This document shows, piece by piece, positions 11,035-20,923 of a stretch of DNA of 64,000 bases; position 1 is the stretch's first letter; each line of letters opens with the position of its first letter. The DNA comes from Candidatus Kerfeldbacteria bacterium. Lineage in GTDB: Bacteria; Patescibacteriota; Patescibacteriia; UBA9570; XYC2-FULL-38-9. Below the pieces are notes generated by a model. It ran no database searches. It was given only the letters and a program-made list of their open reading frames with translations, and had not been told where the DNA came from. The stretch lies in assembly GCA_043813585.1 (NCBI GenBank), contig JBDRKW010000005.1, positions 3,409 through 67,408 on the forward strand. The letters are read 5' to 3'. The translations under genes and the position numbers were made by a program.

Positions 11035-12096
11035 TCACGCGATAAACATCGCATCCCCAAAGCTGTAAAAGCGATATTTTTTATCAACCGCCTCCGCATA
11101 GGCGGCTTTTATGAAGTCGGTTCCGGCAAACGCAGCCACCAGCATAAGTAATGTGGACTTCGGAAGGTGGAAATTCGTGACCATTGCATCAATGCACTGG
11201 AATTCGTAGCCTGGCGTGATAAAAATGTCCGTCCACTTCTGGCCGGCGTGCAGTTGTCCGCGCTCCATGAACGATTCAAGCGTCCGCACCGTTGTTGTGC
11301 CAACCGCAATAATCCGACGCCCGGTGGACTTTGCCATATTCACCGCATGCGCCGTATCGTCCGGCACGATCGCATATTCAGAATGCATCTTGTGCTTTGA
11401 TACGTCGTCTTCGCGCACCGGCGCAAAGGTGCCGAGCCCGACATGCAGCGTAATCGGATGGCGCTCTACCACCATCTTCTCCAGCCGTCCAATTAGTTCG
11501 TTTGAAAAATGGAACCCGGCCGTGGGAGCTGCCGCAGAACCTTCGTGTTTGGCATAGATGGTCTGGTATTTGTCGCGCAGCTCCTGTTCTTCAAGCGGCG
11601 TTTCCTTTATATACGGAGGGATCGGCGTCCGGCCGATTTCATCCATGACATCGCGGAACTCTCTGCCATGCATATTTAACTCCACCTTCCAGGTTTCCGC
11701 AGATAACTGCTCGCCAATGCGCGCCTTCAGGCCGCTCTCGCCGAACACGACGCCGTCGCCTTCTCGAGTCCGGCGGCTGCCGACCATCGCTTCCCATACT
11801 TCGCGCGGCCCCTCATCATCGGCCGCATCATCAAAACGGCGAAGCAGCAGTAGCTCCGTCTTACCCCTGCTTTCCGCTTTCTGTCCGAGCAGGCGCGACG
11901 GCATGACCTTGGAGTCGTTGTATACGAGCACATCGCCCTCGCGCAAGAACTCCGGCAATTCAAAAAACCGACGATGGGCAATCGTCTGGTCATCACGGCT
12001 CAGAACCATCAAGCGCGAGGAATCGCGCGGGCCTTCAACCGGCTGCTGCGCAATCAATTCCTGCGGCAGCTCAAAATCAAAGTCCGAAGCCTTCAT
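11035..12096 (-). CDS. queA: S-adenosylmethionine:tRNA ribosyltransferase-isomerase
   Basis: FDFELPQELIAQ, PIPPYI, AAPTAGFHF, LHVGLGTF, TNFHLPKS, YRFYSFGDAM. Confidence 0.98.
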   Translation of the reverse strand: MKASDFDFELPQELIAQQPVEGPRDSSRLMVLSRDDQTIAHRRFFELPEFLREGDVLVYNDSKVMPSRLLGQKAESRGKTELLLLRRFDDAADDEGPREVWEAMVGSRRTREGDGVVFGESGLKARIGEQLSAETWKVELNMHGREFRDVMDEIGRTPIPPYIKETPLEEQELRDKYQTIYAKHEGSAAAPTAGFHFSNELIGRLEKMVVERHPITLHVGLGTFAPVREDDVSKHKMHSEYAIVPDDTAHAVNMAKSTGRRIIAVGTTTVRTLESFMERGQLHAGQKWTDIFITPGYEFQCIDAMVTNFHLPKSTLLMLVAAFAGTDFIKAAYAEAVDKKYRFYSFGDAMFIA

Positions 12097-13007
12097 GCCG
12101 ATGGCGGTGCGGACGGGGGGAGTGTTGGTCGGTTCGGATCGCGAGGCGGAATCGGCTGCGGGCCGGAAGGGAACTGCTGCGGCTGCTGCTGCGGAAGCGG
12201 CTCAACGCGGCGCACCTGTGCCGGAGCCGGACGCTGATGCATCGGAGCCGGCTGCTGCTGTTGAGGCGGAACAACGCCCGCACCGACATTCATCTGCGCA
12301 TCAGCCTGGCTGTACCCCATCTGCGCCTGGTGCCGGTAGGCCTCCTGTTGGCGTACGCGCTCCAGCTCATTCTTCTTGAGTATGCGGTCGTGTACCTGCA
12401 AAATGACCTTTGCAACCTCTGATGGGTGCGGAACCTGTTCAAACACGAACCGCGCTTCTTCACCTGCCGTCTGGATATGCACCTGGCCGTAGTCCAAAAA
12501 CGTCTGCACCTTTCCCTTAATTTCGGACGTCACATCCTGCACGCGCGAGATGTTCAGTTCAGAAACAACGCGGTTAAACAGCCCGACCTGCTCGATCGAA
12601 ACGACGCGCTGGTCCGTCACTACCCAGATGTCCAGGTGGTAATCGACAAAGTCATGGAAAAATGCCAAAAACGAGAACAGATAATACAGGCTGAACAGTT
12701 CTACCGCCAGAACATATAATGCGCCGCCAGATTCAACCCGGATGGAGGTATAAAAATAAAGGATAGCCAAAATAACAGGCGGAAGAACCAGGGAAAGAAC
12801 GAGCTGCAAAATATCGCGCGCCAGAATTGTCCAGTGCCTCCGCAGCAGCAGCACGACATGCTCATTCGGCCGCTGGGTCGGGAAATGCAGCGGCTTGTGT
12901 TCTGCCGGATGGCGCTGCAGCTTCTGGCGCGACGTCCGGATCGGCCGTGCGGCGGTCGATTTCATTACGTGCGTCGGGTCGAATTGTGCCCTATCTTTTT
13001 TGCCCAT
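12093..13007 (-). CDS. Bacterial PH (bPH_2) domain membrane protein with Gln/Pro-rich tail
   Basis: Start ATG 13007 with SD; LRRHW, two TM, VTDQRV, VQDV, DYG.V.IQTAG. Confidence 0.85.
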   Translation of the reverse strand: MGKKDRAQFDPTHVMKSTAARPIRTSRQKLQRHPAEHKPLHFPTQRPNEHVVLLLRRHWTILARDILQLVLSLVLPPVILAILYFYTSIRVESGGALYVLAVELFSLYYLFSFLAFFHDFVDYHLDIWVVTDQRVVSIEQVGLFNRVVSELNISRVQDVTSEIKGKVQTFLDYGQVHIQTAGEEARFVFEQVPHPSEVAKVILQVHDRILKKNELERVRQQEAYRHQAQMGYSQADAQMNVGAGVVPPQQQQPAPMHQRPAPAQVRRVEPLPQQQPQQFPSGPQPIPPRDPNRPTLPPSAPPSA

Positions 13008-13008
13008 A

Positions 13009-13293
13009 TTATATTCCTCCCCCGGTTGACGGACCGCCGATCGATCCGAAATTAAAGTCGCCAAGAATGCCGAACAGGTCAAATGAATCAAACCACGGAA
13101 TGTCGGATAGCAGCATAATCGTAACCGTGATAACGGCAGCGGTAAACCCGATAAAGATGAACGCATTCAGCTTTCCGGTAAAATCAAAGAAGCCGAACTT
13201 GAATAAATGATAGAGGTTGAAAAACGTCCAAACCATGAACACAACAATGCCGAGCAGGTAGATGATGATCAGGACGTAATAGGGAACCTCCAT
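13009..13293 (-). CDS. Small two-TM membrane protein
   Basis: Fits the operon between ruvB and the PH-domain gene; NLYHLFKFG. Confidence 0.75.
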   Translation of the reverse strand: MEVPYYVLIIIYLLGIVVFMVWTFFNLYHLFKFGFFDFTGKLNAFIFIGFTAAVITVTIMLLSDIPWFDSFDLFGILGDFNFGSIGGPSTGGGI

Positions 13294-13301
13294 TTATGCT
13301 T

Positions 13302-14324
13302 TTACGTGACTAAGTTGCTTTGCTGCATCGGCGCTTTCATGCCGAGGTGGTTGTAAGCGCGTTCGGTAACCATGCGTCCACGCAGGGTGCGCTCCAGGAA
13401 CCCGATCTGCATCAGGAACGGTTCGTGGATCTCTTCAATCGTCTCCTGCTCCTCTGACGTTGCCGCTGCGATGGTTTGTACGCCGACCGGGCCGCCTTTG
13501 AACTTTTCTATGATCGCCGAAAGTATCTTGCGGTCTACATCATCCAGGCCGAGCTCGTCGACTTCCAGTAATGAAAGGGCGTCCTTGGTCATGTCGCAGG
13601 TGACTTCGCCGTTATTTTTCACCTGGGCGTAGTCGCGGACGCGCTTCAACAGCCGGTTGGCGATCCGGGGAGTGCGGCGCGCGCGCCTGGCGATCTCTGC
13701 GGCGCAGTCGCCATCAATCTCGATTGCCAGGATCTTTGCAGACCTCATGATTATTGTAGCAATTTCTGACTCTTCGTAAAAGTTCAGCTTGTAGTGCACG
13801 CCGAACCGTTCGCGCAGCGGAGCGGAAATCAGGCTCATGCGCGTGGTGGCCCCGATGATCGTGAATTTAGGGAGGTCCAGGCGCAGCGTGCGCGCTGCCG
13901 GCCCCTTTCCGGCAACCAGGTCAAGCGCAAAGTCCTCCATCGCGGGGTAGAGGATCTCTTCAATCACCTTATGCAAACGGTGTATTTCATCAATAAACAG
14001 CACATCGCCTTCTTCCAGGTTGGAGAGGATCGCCGCCAGGTCGCCCGCGCGTTCAATCGCCGGGCCGGAGGTCACCCGGATGTTTGCACCCATCTCCTTG
14101 GCTATAATATGGGCCAGCGTGGTCTTCCCGAGGCCGGGGCTGCCGTGCAGCAGCACATGCTCAATCGGTTCTTTTCGGTGCTTCGCCGCATTTATCAGGA
14201 TGTGCAGGTTATCTTTTAGCTTATTTTGGCCAATAAAATCATCGAATTTGGACGGCCGCAGCGTCAAATCCAGTGTTTTATCCTCCTCTTCCTGCCGAGG
14301 ATTCGTGACAAATTCGATACTCAT
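13302..14324 (-). CDS. ruvB: Holliday junction branch migration helicase RuvB
   Basis: [44 protein letters not shown]. Confidence 0.98.
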   Translation of the reverse strand: MSIEFVTNPRQEEEDKTLDLTLRPSKFDDFIGQNKLKDNLHILINAAKHRKEPIEHVLLHGSPGLGKTTLAHIIAKEMGANIRVTSGPAIERAGDLAAILSNLEEGDVLFIDEIHRLHKVIEEILYPAMEDFALDLVAGKGPAARTLRLDLPKFTIIGATTRMSLISAPLRERFGVHYKLNFYEESEIATIIMRSAKILAIEIDGDCAAEIARRARRTPRIANRLLKRVRDYAQVKNNGEVTCDMTKDALSLLEVDELGLDDVDRKILSAIIEKFKGGPVGVQTIAAATSEEQETIEEIHEPFLMQIGFLERTLRGRMVTERAYNHLGMKAPMQQSNLVT

Positions 14325-14445
14325 AATAGCGTTAGAACAGCACTAGTATACCTAAAATTAGCAAAATATGCAACTTTTTGAAGGGTATCCATTATATCCC
14401 ACCGGACGCTCTTGACAAATCGCCAATACTGTGATAAGCTCCTTG

Positions 14446-14620
14446 GTTACTGACTCCAATTGGGTCGGTAGCGATTGTTTTGTTGTCACTGATGGTTACT
14501 GATGCTCGGTAGTATTCAGCAGGCACGACAAGCATGGGAAGGTTACTTTTTGGAAAACTCAGGCTACGGCTCGAGTCCTCCAAAGTCACATTCTCTTGCC
14601 TGCTGTATATTGCGGAGCAT
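14446..14620 (+). ncRNA. Candidate structured small RNA (unassigned)
   Basis: Promoter TTGACA(14412)-17-TAAGCT(14435); 5' hairpin plus an approximately 119-nt rod (14502-14620) capped by cUACGg; followed by a T-rich tract; no credible ORF. Confidence 0.6.
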
Positions 14621-14646
14621 TTTTCTTTGCCTCCGCGCAGGCGCAT

Positions 14647-14678
14647 AAAAAAGACCTGACTTCCAGTCAGGCTTTTTT
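14647..14678. terminator. Bidirectional intrinsic terminator
   Basis: A6-GA-CCTGAC-TTCCA-GTCAGG-C-T6. Confidence 0.75.
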
Positions 14679-16691
14679 GTCGTCTTTTTTATCGCTGCTT
14701 TGCGGCTCTGGCTCAGGCTCTGGTTCAGGTTCCGGCTCATCCGGCGTTTCACCAACTAAGCACACCGCCTGCCACGGTTTGTAGACGGATGTGTAGGTTT
14801 CTTCAAATGTTTCACCGTTTGCATATTCAATACTGTACACAAAGCTTGCGGTCGTTCCGGCGTGAGCAGACTCCGTACACTTACGCTGGCCGGGCGCCAA
14901 GTCGGGTGAAGGAATCTCTTTTGTCGGAGGCGGAGAGACCCAGCCGGAAATAGTCGGCGGGCTGAACTCTGCCACGCGGCCGTCATCTGTTCCCCAGTAG
15001 TCAAAATATATATGTACGCCGTCAATGCGCGTCTGCAACAGGATATATCCGGGCGTGTCATTGATGAATCGGAAGTCAGGCCATGGATCATAGATTGTTG
15101 CGTCTGTTCCCGGCAGGCCGTTGCGGTCATCAGCATAGTACGACACGACATAAGAATGGTTCTGGCGGGAGGTAATCTCCAGTCCGCTGCCCAGTACGCC
15201 GCGGAACGTTGTTGTTCCGATCTGGCACAGGCCGCCGCCAACCTCCGGCTTGGTTTCGTTCCCCTTAATCACGAGCTCTGCCACGTATCCGTTCTCAATC
15301 GTAAATGGTTTCAATGCATCAAGTAGGGAGAACTCCTCGTCCGGGGCGATCAACAGGCCGTTTAACAGTTCGGCGCCCCGTGCGATATTCAACTGGCGGT
15401 TGTACGGGCTTCCTGACATATTGGAATGACCAGTGCCGAGAATAGTTTCTATGCCCAAATCGTTGATATTGTCAGGAGTGAATTTTGGTTCGTCGATTGT
15501 CACCACTACATTCACGGTCAGCCCGTCTTCTGCAATCTCTTCATCTTCAGCTGCAAACGTTTCGGAAAACAGGAACGCCTCAATTTGCAAACTGGTTGCA
15601 TCCAGATCGACAGAACGGCCTTCAGATGCCGGCTGCATCTCAACAATGTTTGTGAGGCCGCCGCCATCATCTGTTTCGATTTTCCATCGCGCTTCTTTCA
15701 CATCCACATTCACGGCATCAAGCACATCGGTGATCCCGGCCTCCAGCCGTTCCGGATCAACAGCAAGCGTTCCGGATTCATACGAAAGCCAGCCGCCGAC
15801 GCTGCCACGGTCATATTCCCAGTTTTGGTCTTCCCAGGAAAGGGTCACGGGAGCCTTGTCCAGGTACGATTCTATCATCACCACTTCAGCGCCAATGTCG
15901 TCAGCAGTCACAACTGGTGCATCCGGCATGAGCGCAATAGACAGCTCCTGCGCGCTAAAACGCCGCAGCTGGTTTTCCACGCCTTTTGCAATCGAGTCAT
16001 AATCAAACGCCTGGCCGGACTGTTCCGGCACGATATCAACGTCGCCAAATTCAGAAATCATGATGTCTGCGTTCACTGCAGGGAACTCGTATGCAGAAAA
16101 CACATCTTCTAGCAGCTCTTTTGTGTATTCCCGGTCAAAGGTGAACTGCAGGGCGATGCGCCGCCCGTCTTTCCATGCCCAGAACTGCTGTTTCATGTTC
16201 AGCCACCAGTCATCGCCGCGCCCGATCGCATACGCCGCATCCAGGCTGGCCTTTAAATCCACGGAATATATCTCGCGTTCATTCACGGCAGAAGAAAACG
16301 GGACAATCGTCGGCGTCAGCTGCAGCACGGGGGAAGCTGCGGCCTGCGTCGCTTCATCTTCCGCAGCCTCTGCGTCTTCCGCTTCTTCAGTTTCTACGAC
16401 TCCGTCCGGATACGTTACCGAAATGCCGTTTTCTGAAATGATGTCCACCTTTGCCTGCAGTTCATCCAGCGCTTCCATGTACGTTTTGCCGGAAAGGTCC
16501 TGCTCTTCCAGCGCCACGCCCGGATAAAACGCAACTTCATATCTGTTGAGGTACAGCGCGTATAGCGCAAAGCACACGCCGACCGCAAGTACCAGCGCGC
16601 CTCCGGCGGAAACCGACGCAATCGCAACAGCGCGCTTCTGTTTTTTGGTGAGCTTCTTCTTTTTATCCTCTTTTTTCTGTTCCTCACTCAT
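14667..16691 (-). CDS. VanW family protein with PG-binding_4 domains
   Basis: N-terminal TM; GGGLCQIGTT, RQNHSY, GTDATIY, DFRFINDT; EP-repeat tail. Confidence 0.9.
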   Translation of the reverse strand: MSEEQKKEDKKKKLTKKQKRAVAIASVSAGGALVLAVGVCFALYALYLNRYEVAFYPGVALEEQDLSGKTYMEALDELQAKVDIISENGISVTYPDGVVETEEAEDAEAAEDEATQAAASPVLQLTPTIVPFSSAVNEREIYSVDLKASLDAAYAIGRGDDWWLNMKQQFWAWKDGRRIALQFTFDREYTKELLEDVFSAYEFPAVNADIMISEFGDVDIVPEQSGQAFDYDSIAKGVENQLRRFSAQELSIALMPDAPVVTADDIGAEVVMIESYLDKAPVTLSWEDQNWEYDRGSVGGWLSYESGTLAVDPERLEAGITDVLDAVNVDVKEARWKIETDDGGGLTNIVEMQPASEGRSVDLDATSLQIEAFLFSETFAAEDEEIAEDGLTVNVVVTIDEPKFTPDNINDLGIETILGTGHSNMSGSPYNRQLNIARGAELLNGLLIAPDEEFSLLDALKPFTIENGYVAELVIKGNETKPEVGGGLCQIGTTTFRGVLGSGLEITSRQNHSYVVSYYADDRNGLPGTDATIYDPWPDFRFINDTPGYILLQTRIDGVHIYFDYWGTDDGRVAEFSPPTISGWVSPPPTKEIPSPDLAPGQRKCTESAHAGTTASFVYSIEYANGETFEETYTSVYKPWQAVCLVGETPDEPEPEPEPEPEPQSSDKKDDKKA

Positions 16692-16887
16692 GGTCTCCGT
16701 TCAATAGTTCGTTGATGATATCTGCGGCGCTGTTCATGGTGAGCGTCACTTCGTCGCCGACAGAATAAGACAATTTATTTATCTGTTCAGGTTCGGCAGG
16801 CCAGCGGAATGTCGCGCCGCCCGGGAGCTTCACCATCAATCCGTCCTCCTCAATCGCGATAATGCGGACTTTCTGTATCAATGCCAT
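16684..16887 (-). CDS. Small hypothetical protein
   Basis: Overlaps the VanW-gene start; protein-like sequence ending IINELLN. Confidence 0.65.
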   Translation of the reverse strand: MALIQKVRIIAIEEDGLMVKLPGGATFRWPAEPEQINKLSYSVGDEVTLTMNSAADIINELLNGDHE

Positions 16888-16957
16888 AGGTATTTACCAA
16901 AAATCAGCGTTTAGGACTGCTCAACGTATCAATTCGGGCGGGGGCTGTCAATATCGG

Positions 16958-17512
16958 TCAGTCCTCTACCTCGACAACTTCAATCTTGCCGTTATGTGAA
17001 CGTTGTGATTTCGGAAGTCGAATAGTCAAAATACCGTTCTCCAGCGCTGCCTTTACCTCGTCGTGCTGTATATCTACCGGAAGGATGATCGACCGGGAAA
17101 AACCGCCCCAGTAGCATTCGCGGATGAAGTAGTCGTCGTCGCGCGTCTCTTCCATCTTGTGCCTGCGCACGCCTTTGATGGTGATCATGTCGCCGTTCAT
17201 GTCGATCTCCAGGTCTTCTTTTTTCACGCCTGCAACCGTAGAGACGATGATGATTTCGTCGTCGGTCTGGAACACGTCTACCGCCAACTGTCCGTCGTAG
17301 CTGATGTTCTCCTGCATCCACTCCTCGTCAATATCCTGGTCATCGTACGTTTCGGTGATGTTGCGTTTGGAACCCTGCGCTGCGGATTGCTTCAGGGTGA
17401 CGAGGGAGCTGTCTGTGTCGCCGAACGCGGTGCGGAAAAAGTCCTCGTTGTACTCGACGTCGTCGAATGCGAGCTCTTTTATTTTCTTTGAAAATGTTTC
17501 CGGGTCTGGCAT
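16958..17512 (-). CDS. Hsp20/alpha-crystallin small heat-shock protein
   Basis: GQLAVDVFQT, ECYWGGFSRSIILP, ENGILTIRLPK; AAAGGAGG SD before ATG 17512. Confidence 0.95.
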   Translation of the reverse strand: MPDPETFSKKIKELAFDDVEYNEDFFRTAFGDTDSSLVTLKQSAAQGSKRNITETYDDQDIDEEWMQENISYDGQLAVDVFQTDDEIIIVSTVAGVKKEDLEIDMNGDMITIKGVRRHKMEETRDDDYFIRECYWGGFSRSIILPVDIQHDEVKAALENGILTIRLPKSQRSHNGKIEVVEVED

Positions 17513-17646
17513 ATGTTTTCCTCCTTTATTCACACGTTATTATACAATTTTATGGAGTCGTGTACAAGATATCCACCGGTTGTTGCCACCTTTTCCACGG
17601 TTCTCGGTGGATAACTCGGTTTTTGGCTGATGTTGCGGCGGAATTC

Positions 17647-17675
17647 TTGACGTTTGGCGATTCCTTACATATAAT
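17647..17675 (+). promoter_or_regulatory. sigma70 promoter of tRNA-Glu
   Basis: TTGACG-17 nt-TATAAT. Confidence 0.8.
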
Positions 17676-17687
17676 GTGCTCTGCTTT

Positions 17688-17759
17688 GCCCGCATCGTCT
17701 AATGGTTAGGACATCAGGTTTTCATCCTGGCAATCGGGGTTCGATTCCCCGTGCGGGTG
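17688..17759 (+). tRNA. tRNA-Glu (TTC)
   Basis: Acceptor GCCCGCA/TGCGGGT; D arm GTCTAATGGTTAGGAC; anticodon loop TTTTCAT; GGTTCGATTCC T-arm; CCA not encoded. Confidence 0.97.
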
Positions 17760-17800
17760 CTAAAGAAGAAACGTCTCCCATTTGGGAGGCGTTTTTCTTT
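17742..17800 (+). repeat. tRNA-Glu 3' end plus terminator (att-like copy 1)
   Basis: 59-bp exact direct repeat with 22975-23033. Confidence 0.9.
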
Positions 17801-17809
17801 ATTATTCCT

Positions 17810-17926
17810 GCAACGGGGAAGCGAAGGGCAGCAGTGAGGCAAAACGCGTCAGCGTTGCAGCCGAACGCCGCTTGGGTGCCGGCGGCACGCAAGCGCTGCC
17901 CCGGACCCGATTCCCCGTGCGGGTGC
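17810..17926 (+). mobile_element. Small hairpin (MITE/REP-like) element ending in tRNA 3'-end copy 2
   Basis: GCAACGGGGAAGCG...GGGCAGC is imperfectly complementary to GCTGCCC...CGATTCCCCGTGC; 17891-17926 is identical to 22958-22993. Confidence 0.6.
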
Positions 17927-18086
17927 CACCATAGAGCACTCCCAAGTTATCACCGGTAATCAGCGCCTATTATATTTTCGATAGGTCGGGATTTATTGCC
18001 TACGGGTTGCCCATATTGGGAGGACAAAAAAACGGCACTGCCCTGCTATACTATAGATAGAGGAGGCAAACAACTTAATCGAAAAA

Positions 18087-18287
18087 ATGACAAAACCATC
18101 AATTGTGAAAAAACATCAAGCGCAGCTCCTTCTCCGTGCCGTGCACGAGATCATGGAGAAATACGCCGGCCCAGCTGCATTCCACGACAAGATATTTTGG
18201 AAAATTCATGCTGCTTTATCCCGACATGAAATGACGATGAAAGAGGCTGAAGAATACGTTTCGGCACTGTCCTCTTCGGCAGAGTGA
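18087..18287 (+). CDS. Small hypothetical protein
   Basis: 66 aa, helical-looking, after an AT-rich leader. Confidence 0.5.
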   Translation: MTKPSIVKKHQAQLLLRAVHEIMEKYAGPAAFHDKIFWKIHAALSRHEMTMKEAEEYVSALSSSAE

Positions 18288-18469
18288 CCGTGCAGAATTT
18301 TAGGGATTAGCGCATCGCGCCACTGTATGTTATTGCTAGAATCCTAGCCCAGTCAACAACGGATGAGAGCTCCCTGCCGCTGATCTCACTGAAGAAACCG
18401 AGCGCCTGTGCTTCACTATCAAGATTCCGATATTCTGGGTACAATTCTTTACTAATGAAGTCGAGCAAA

Positions 18470-19996
18470 TCAATCACGCGGGCGTTCCAGCACAAATATA
18501 ATGAAAAGAATGATAAACCCTATCCCTAAGGGATGACTTAAGTATGGAGTAGTAACGTGGACGAATAGAAGACACAGCAGTCCGGTCATGAAACTTAATG
18601 CAAGTACTTTGCGGCCGGTAGTCTGTGCACTGCGGACAACCCTTGCCCCGTGCCAGAACAGCACAACAAACAACACAAGGTAGGCGAGCAACCCAAGCAC
18701 GCCAAGTTCATACAGTAGATCCAAATACCCCCACTCAAATGCAAAAGTCGTGTATTGGTCCGTCCCCATCATGTCGATAGCGCGAGGATCGTCAGTGGTA
18801 TAGGTGAGCGTTGCGCCAAACCCGGAACCGGTATACAGATGCTCATTCACCACGTCCCACAACGGGGCGAGTATGTTCATGCGCGTACTGATAGCCGGTT
18901 CTTCTGCTGTATATGAGGCGCGTTCGCAGACAATCTCCGCAAAAAAGAACCCTTTCCATTGTTCGCCAAGCAGCGGCACGTTCGTAAGCAGGAACAGAAC
19001 AATAAGCGACGCAGCACCGGTTGCAACCGTTAGCACCGCAGCGTGACCAATGTCTTTCCATCGCCATAATTTCGTGCTGACGAATGCGATTGCCATTGCA
19101 ACCATGCTGACTACAAGCGCCAGCCAGAACGAACGCGACCAGCTTGTAATGATAATTGTCAACAGAAGCGCGGAAAACGCGCCGTACACAAACACCTGCT
19201 TTGTCCGTCTTTCTTGCCATGTGGCTACGCAAAATGCGAACGCCACAAAGAAAAACAGCAGGTGAAATATGTGCGACTGAAAGAAAATGCGGTAAAACTG
19301 CTCATGCGTCGGGGTGATTTCGCCCACGCCGGTAACGCGTATCCATCGGTACACTGTGCCATTGAACGCGGTGATGGAATGCGCAAACGTAAATAGCAAC
19401 AACAATGTTGTTACAGACAGCGCAATCATCGCACCGGCCGCCACCTGCAGCAGCCGTTTCAACTGATCTTTTGAAACAATACTTTGGGCAGCCGGTAGAA
19501 TTAATCCCAGAAAGAGGTAGCCGTTCATATCCAGAAAGACGGTGTATAGGTCGTTGCCATGCAGAACGCCGGAAACAGTTCCGAACGCAATGCAACATGT
19601 AAACAAAAGAATCGCTTCCCATACCGGCAGTTGAAAAAAACACACCTGGCGCATGCGAATTGCATGCATGCAGAACGCCAGCATAACCGCAGAGAAAATC
19701 GCGTGACGAACCGAAACCGCAGTGCCTGCAATGTCGATCGCAAACAGATAACCTTTGCTCCCGACCAGGAGCTCGGCAAACGCAATGTATACGCCATACT
19801 CCAGGCGCCATAAAGCAAGCGCAAACGTTGCCAGAGCAATAACCGCAAACGCAACCGTGCCGACAGCGGGATAGACAAAGACGGCAAAGGAAAGGAATTC
19901 AATGCATGCGACCGCAATAAGCGTGACGACCGTCACTTTGCCGAAAAAAAGCAGCCCCTCCCGGCCAGCCGGCTGTTGTGTTATCAGCTTGGGCAT
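18470..19996 (-). CDS. O-antigen ligase family membrane protein (island cargo)
   Basis: Start ATG 19996 next to the radical SAM stop; YRIFFQSH, SRSFW, GSGFG, FEWGYLD, TPYLSHPLG. Confidence 0.85.
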   Translation of the reverse strand: MPKLITQQPAGREGLLFFGKVTVVTLIAVACIEFLSFAVFVYPAVGTVAFAVIALATFALALWRLEYGVYIAFAELLVGSKGYLFAIDIAGTAVSVRHAIFSAVMLAFCMHAIRMRQVCFFQLPVWEAILLFTCCIAFGTVSGVLHGNDLYTVFLDMNGYLFLGLILPAAQSIVSKDQLKRLLQVAAGAMIALSVTTLLLLFTFAHSITAFNGTVYRWIRVTGVGEITPTHEQFYRIFFQSHIFHLLFFFVAFAFCVATWQERRTKQVFVYGAFSALLLTIIITSWSRSFWLALVVSMVAMAIAFVSTKLWRWKDIGHAAVLTVATGAASLIVLFLLTNVPLLGEQWKGFFFAEIVCERASYTAEEPAISTRMNILAPLWDVVNEHLYTGSGFGATLTYTTDDPRAIDMMGTDQYTTFAFEWGYLDLLYELGVLGLLAYLVLFVVLFWHGARVVRSAQTTGRKVLALSFMTGLLCLLFVHVTTPYLSHPLGIGFIILFIIFVLERPRD

Positions 19997-19997
19997 G

Positions 19998-20882
19998 TTA
20001 CCAGTGGGTAATGTCCTTATTACAGGTATCGTTTGGAATTTCGGTCCAGTCGATCGGGTCATCGCCGCAAATCTCGCGGCACATCTTCAGGTTCATTTTC
20101 CCACGGCGCAGGTCATGGCGCGTTTGCACAAATTCCGGATCCCACCAAATCTCGGCCAACGATTGTTCCGCAACATTCCCGAACGGGTGCCGCACAAAAA
20201 AATCATTCGTACACACGACATTGCCCGCATAATCCACCGCAATTTCATCAGAAACATAGTAGCAACACTTGAATTTATGCGCTTTGTTCACCGGCACCGT
20301 GCCGCCCCGTTCAAAAATCCCGACATTGTCGAGTAACTGCAGGGTGATATACTTCTTCGATTTATCGTCTTCCACCAGCTCCTGCACGACCTTGGGCCAG
20401 TACGCCATATGCTTAGTGATCACGAGCCCGTCCGTGCCTGCATCTATCAGGTCATGGAACAGTTCTTTCGTCAGCGCAACAGCGTTCGTGTGAATGATGA
20501 TAGAAGATTTCGGAAGTTTTTCCCGCACGTACGCCATGAGCGACGGCAGGCGTTTGTCTATCAATGGGTCGCCGTAAAAATGCGGGGAGATCCGCCCTTT
20601 ATATTCAAATGGGAATGCCACCAGGTCATCAATGATCTTTCGGAACATCTCTTCAGTCATGAAATGGTCGCCCCGGTCATAGCGCGCTACGGCACAGTAG
20701 GTGCATTTAAGGTTACAGCGCGAGTTGGTTTCAATATCGAGTGCGGTGAAAATGTCGCTCCGTCCGTAGGTGGCCAGTTTATTGAGCGAGTTGTAGTACC
20801 CGCGTAATGCCGGTTTAACAGCTTCAGGCGACAACCGACGCGCAGCACGATATACAGGATTAAGCAGATATGGTAAACGCAT
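19998..20882 (-). CDS. Radical SAM/SPASM-type protein
   Basis: CNLKCTYC; YGDPL; C-terminal CC...C...GNV..SL.EIW...C..C. Confidence 0.9.
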   Translation of the reverse strand: MRLPYLLNPVYRAARRLSPEAVKPALRGYYNSLNKLATYGRSDIFTALDIETNSRCNLKCTYCAVARYDRGDHFMTEEMFRKIIDDLVAFPFEYKGRISPHFYGDPLIDKRLPSLMAYVREKLPKSSIIIHTNAVALTKELFHDLIDAGTDGLVITKHMAYWPKVVQELVEDDKSKKYITLQLLDNVGIFERGGTVPVNKAHKFKCCYYVSDEIAVDYAGNVVCTNDFFVRHPFGNVAEQSLAEIWWDPEFVQTRHDLRRGKMNLKMCREICGDDPIDWTEIPNDTCNKDITHW

Positions 20883-20923
20883 AAAGTTAACATATCACCC
20901 AAATGGCCTTTGTCCAAGTACTA

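Noticed and set aside
14502-14620. SRP 4.5S RNA
   Set aside because: The rod shape fits, but the GNRA tetraloop and AGCAG internal-loop strand are missing
14392-14646. 84-aa ORF on the minus strand
   Set aside because: No RBS or recognisable motif; the region is better explained by a + strand promoter and structured RNA
14703-14738. Hexamer repeat at the VanW 3' end as a contingency locus
   Set aside because: Degenerate codons for an EP linker, not a perfect microsatellite
17702-17959. 85-aa ORF
   Set aside because: Overlaps tRNA-Glu and its terminator
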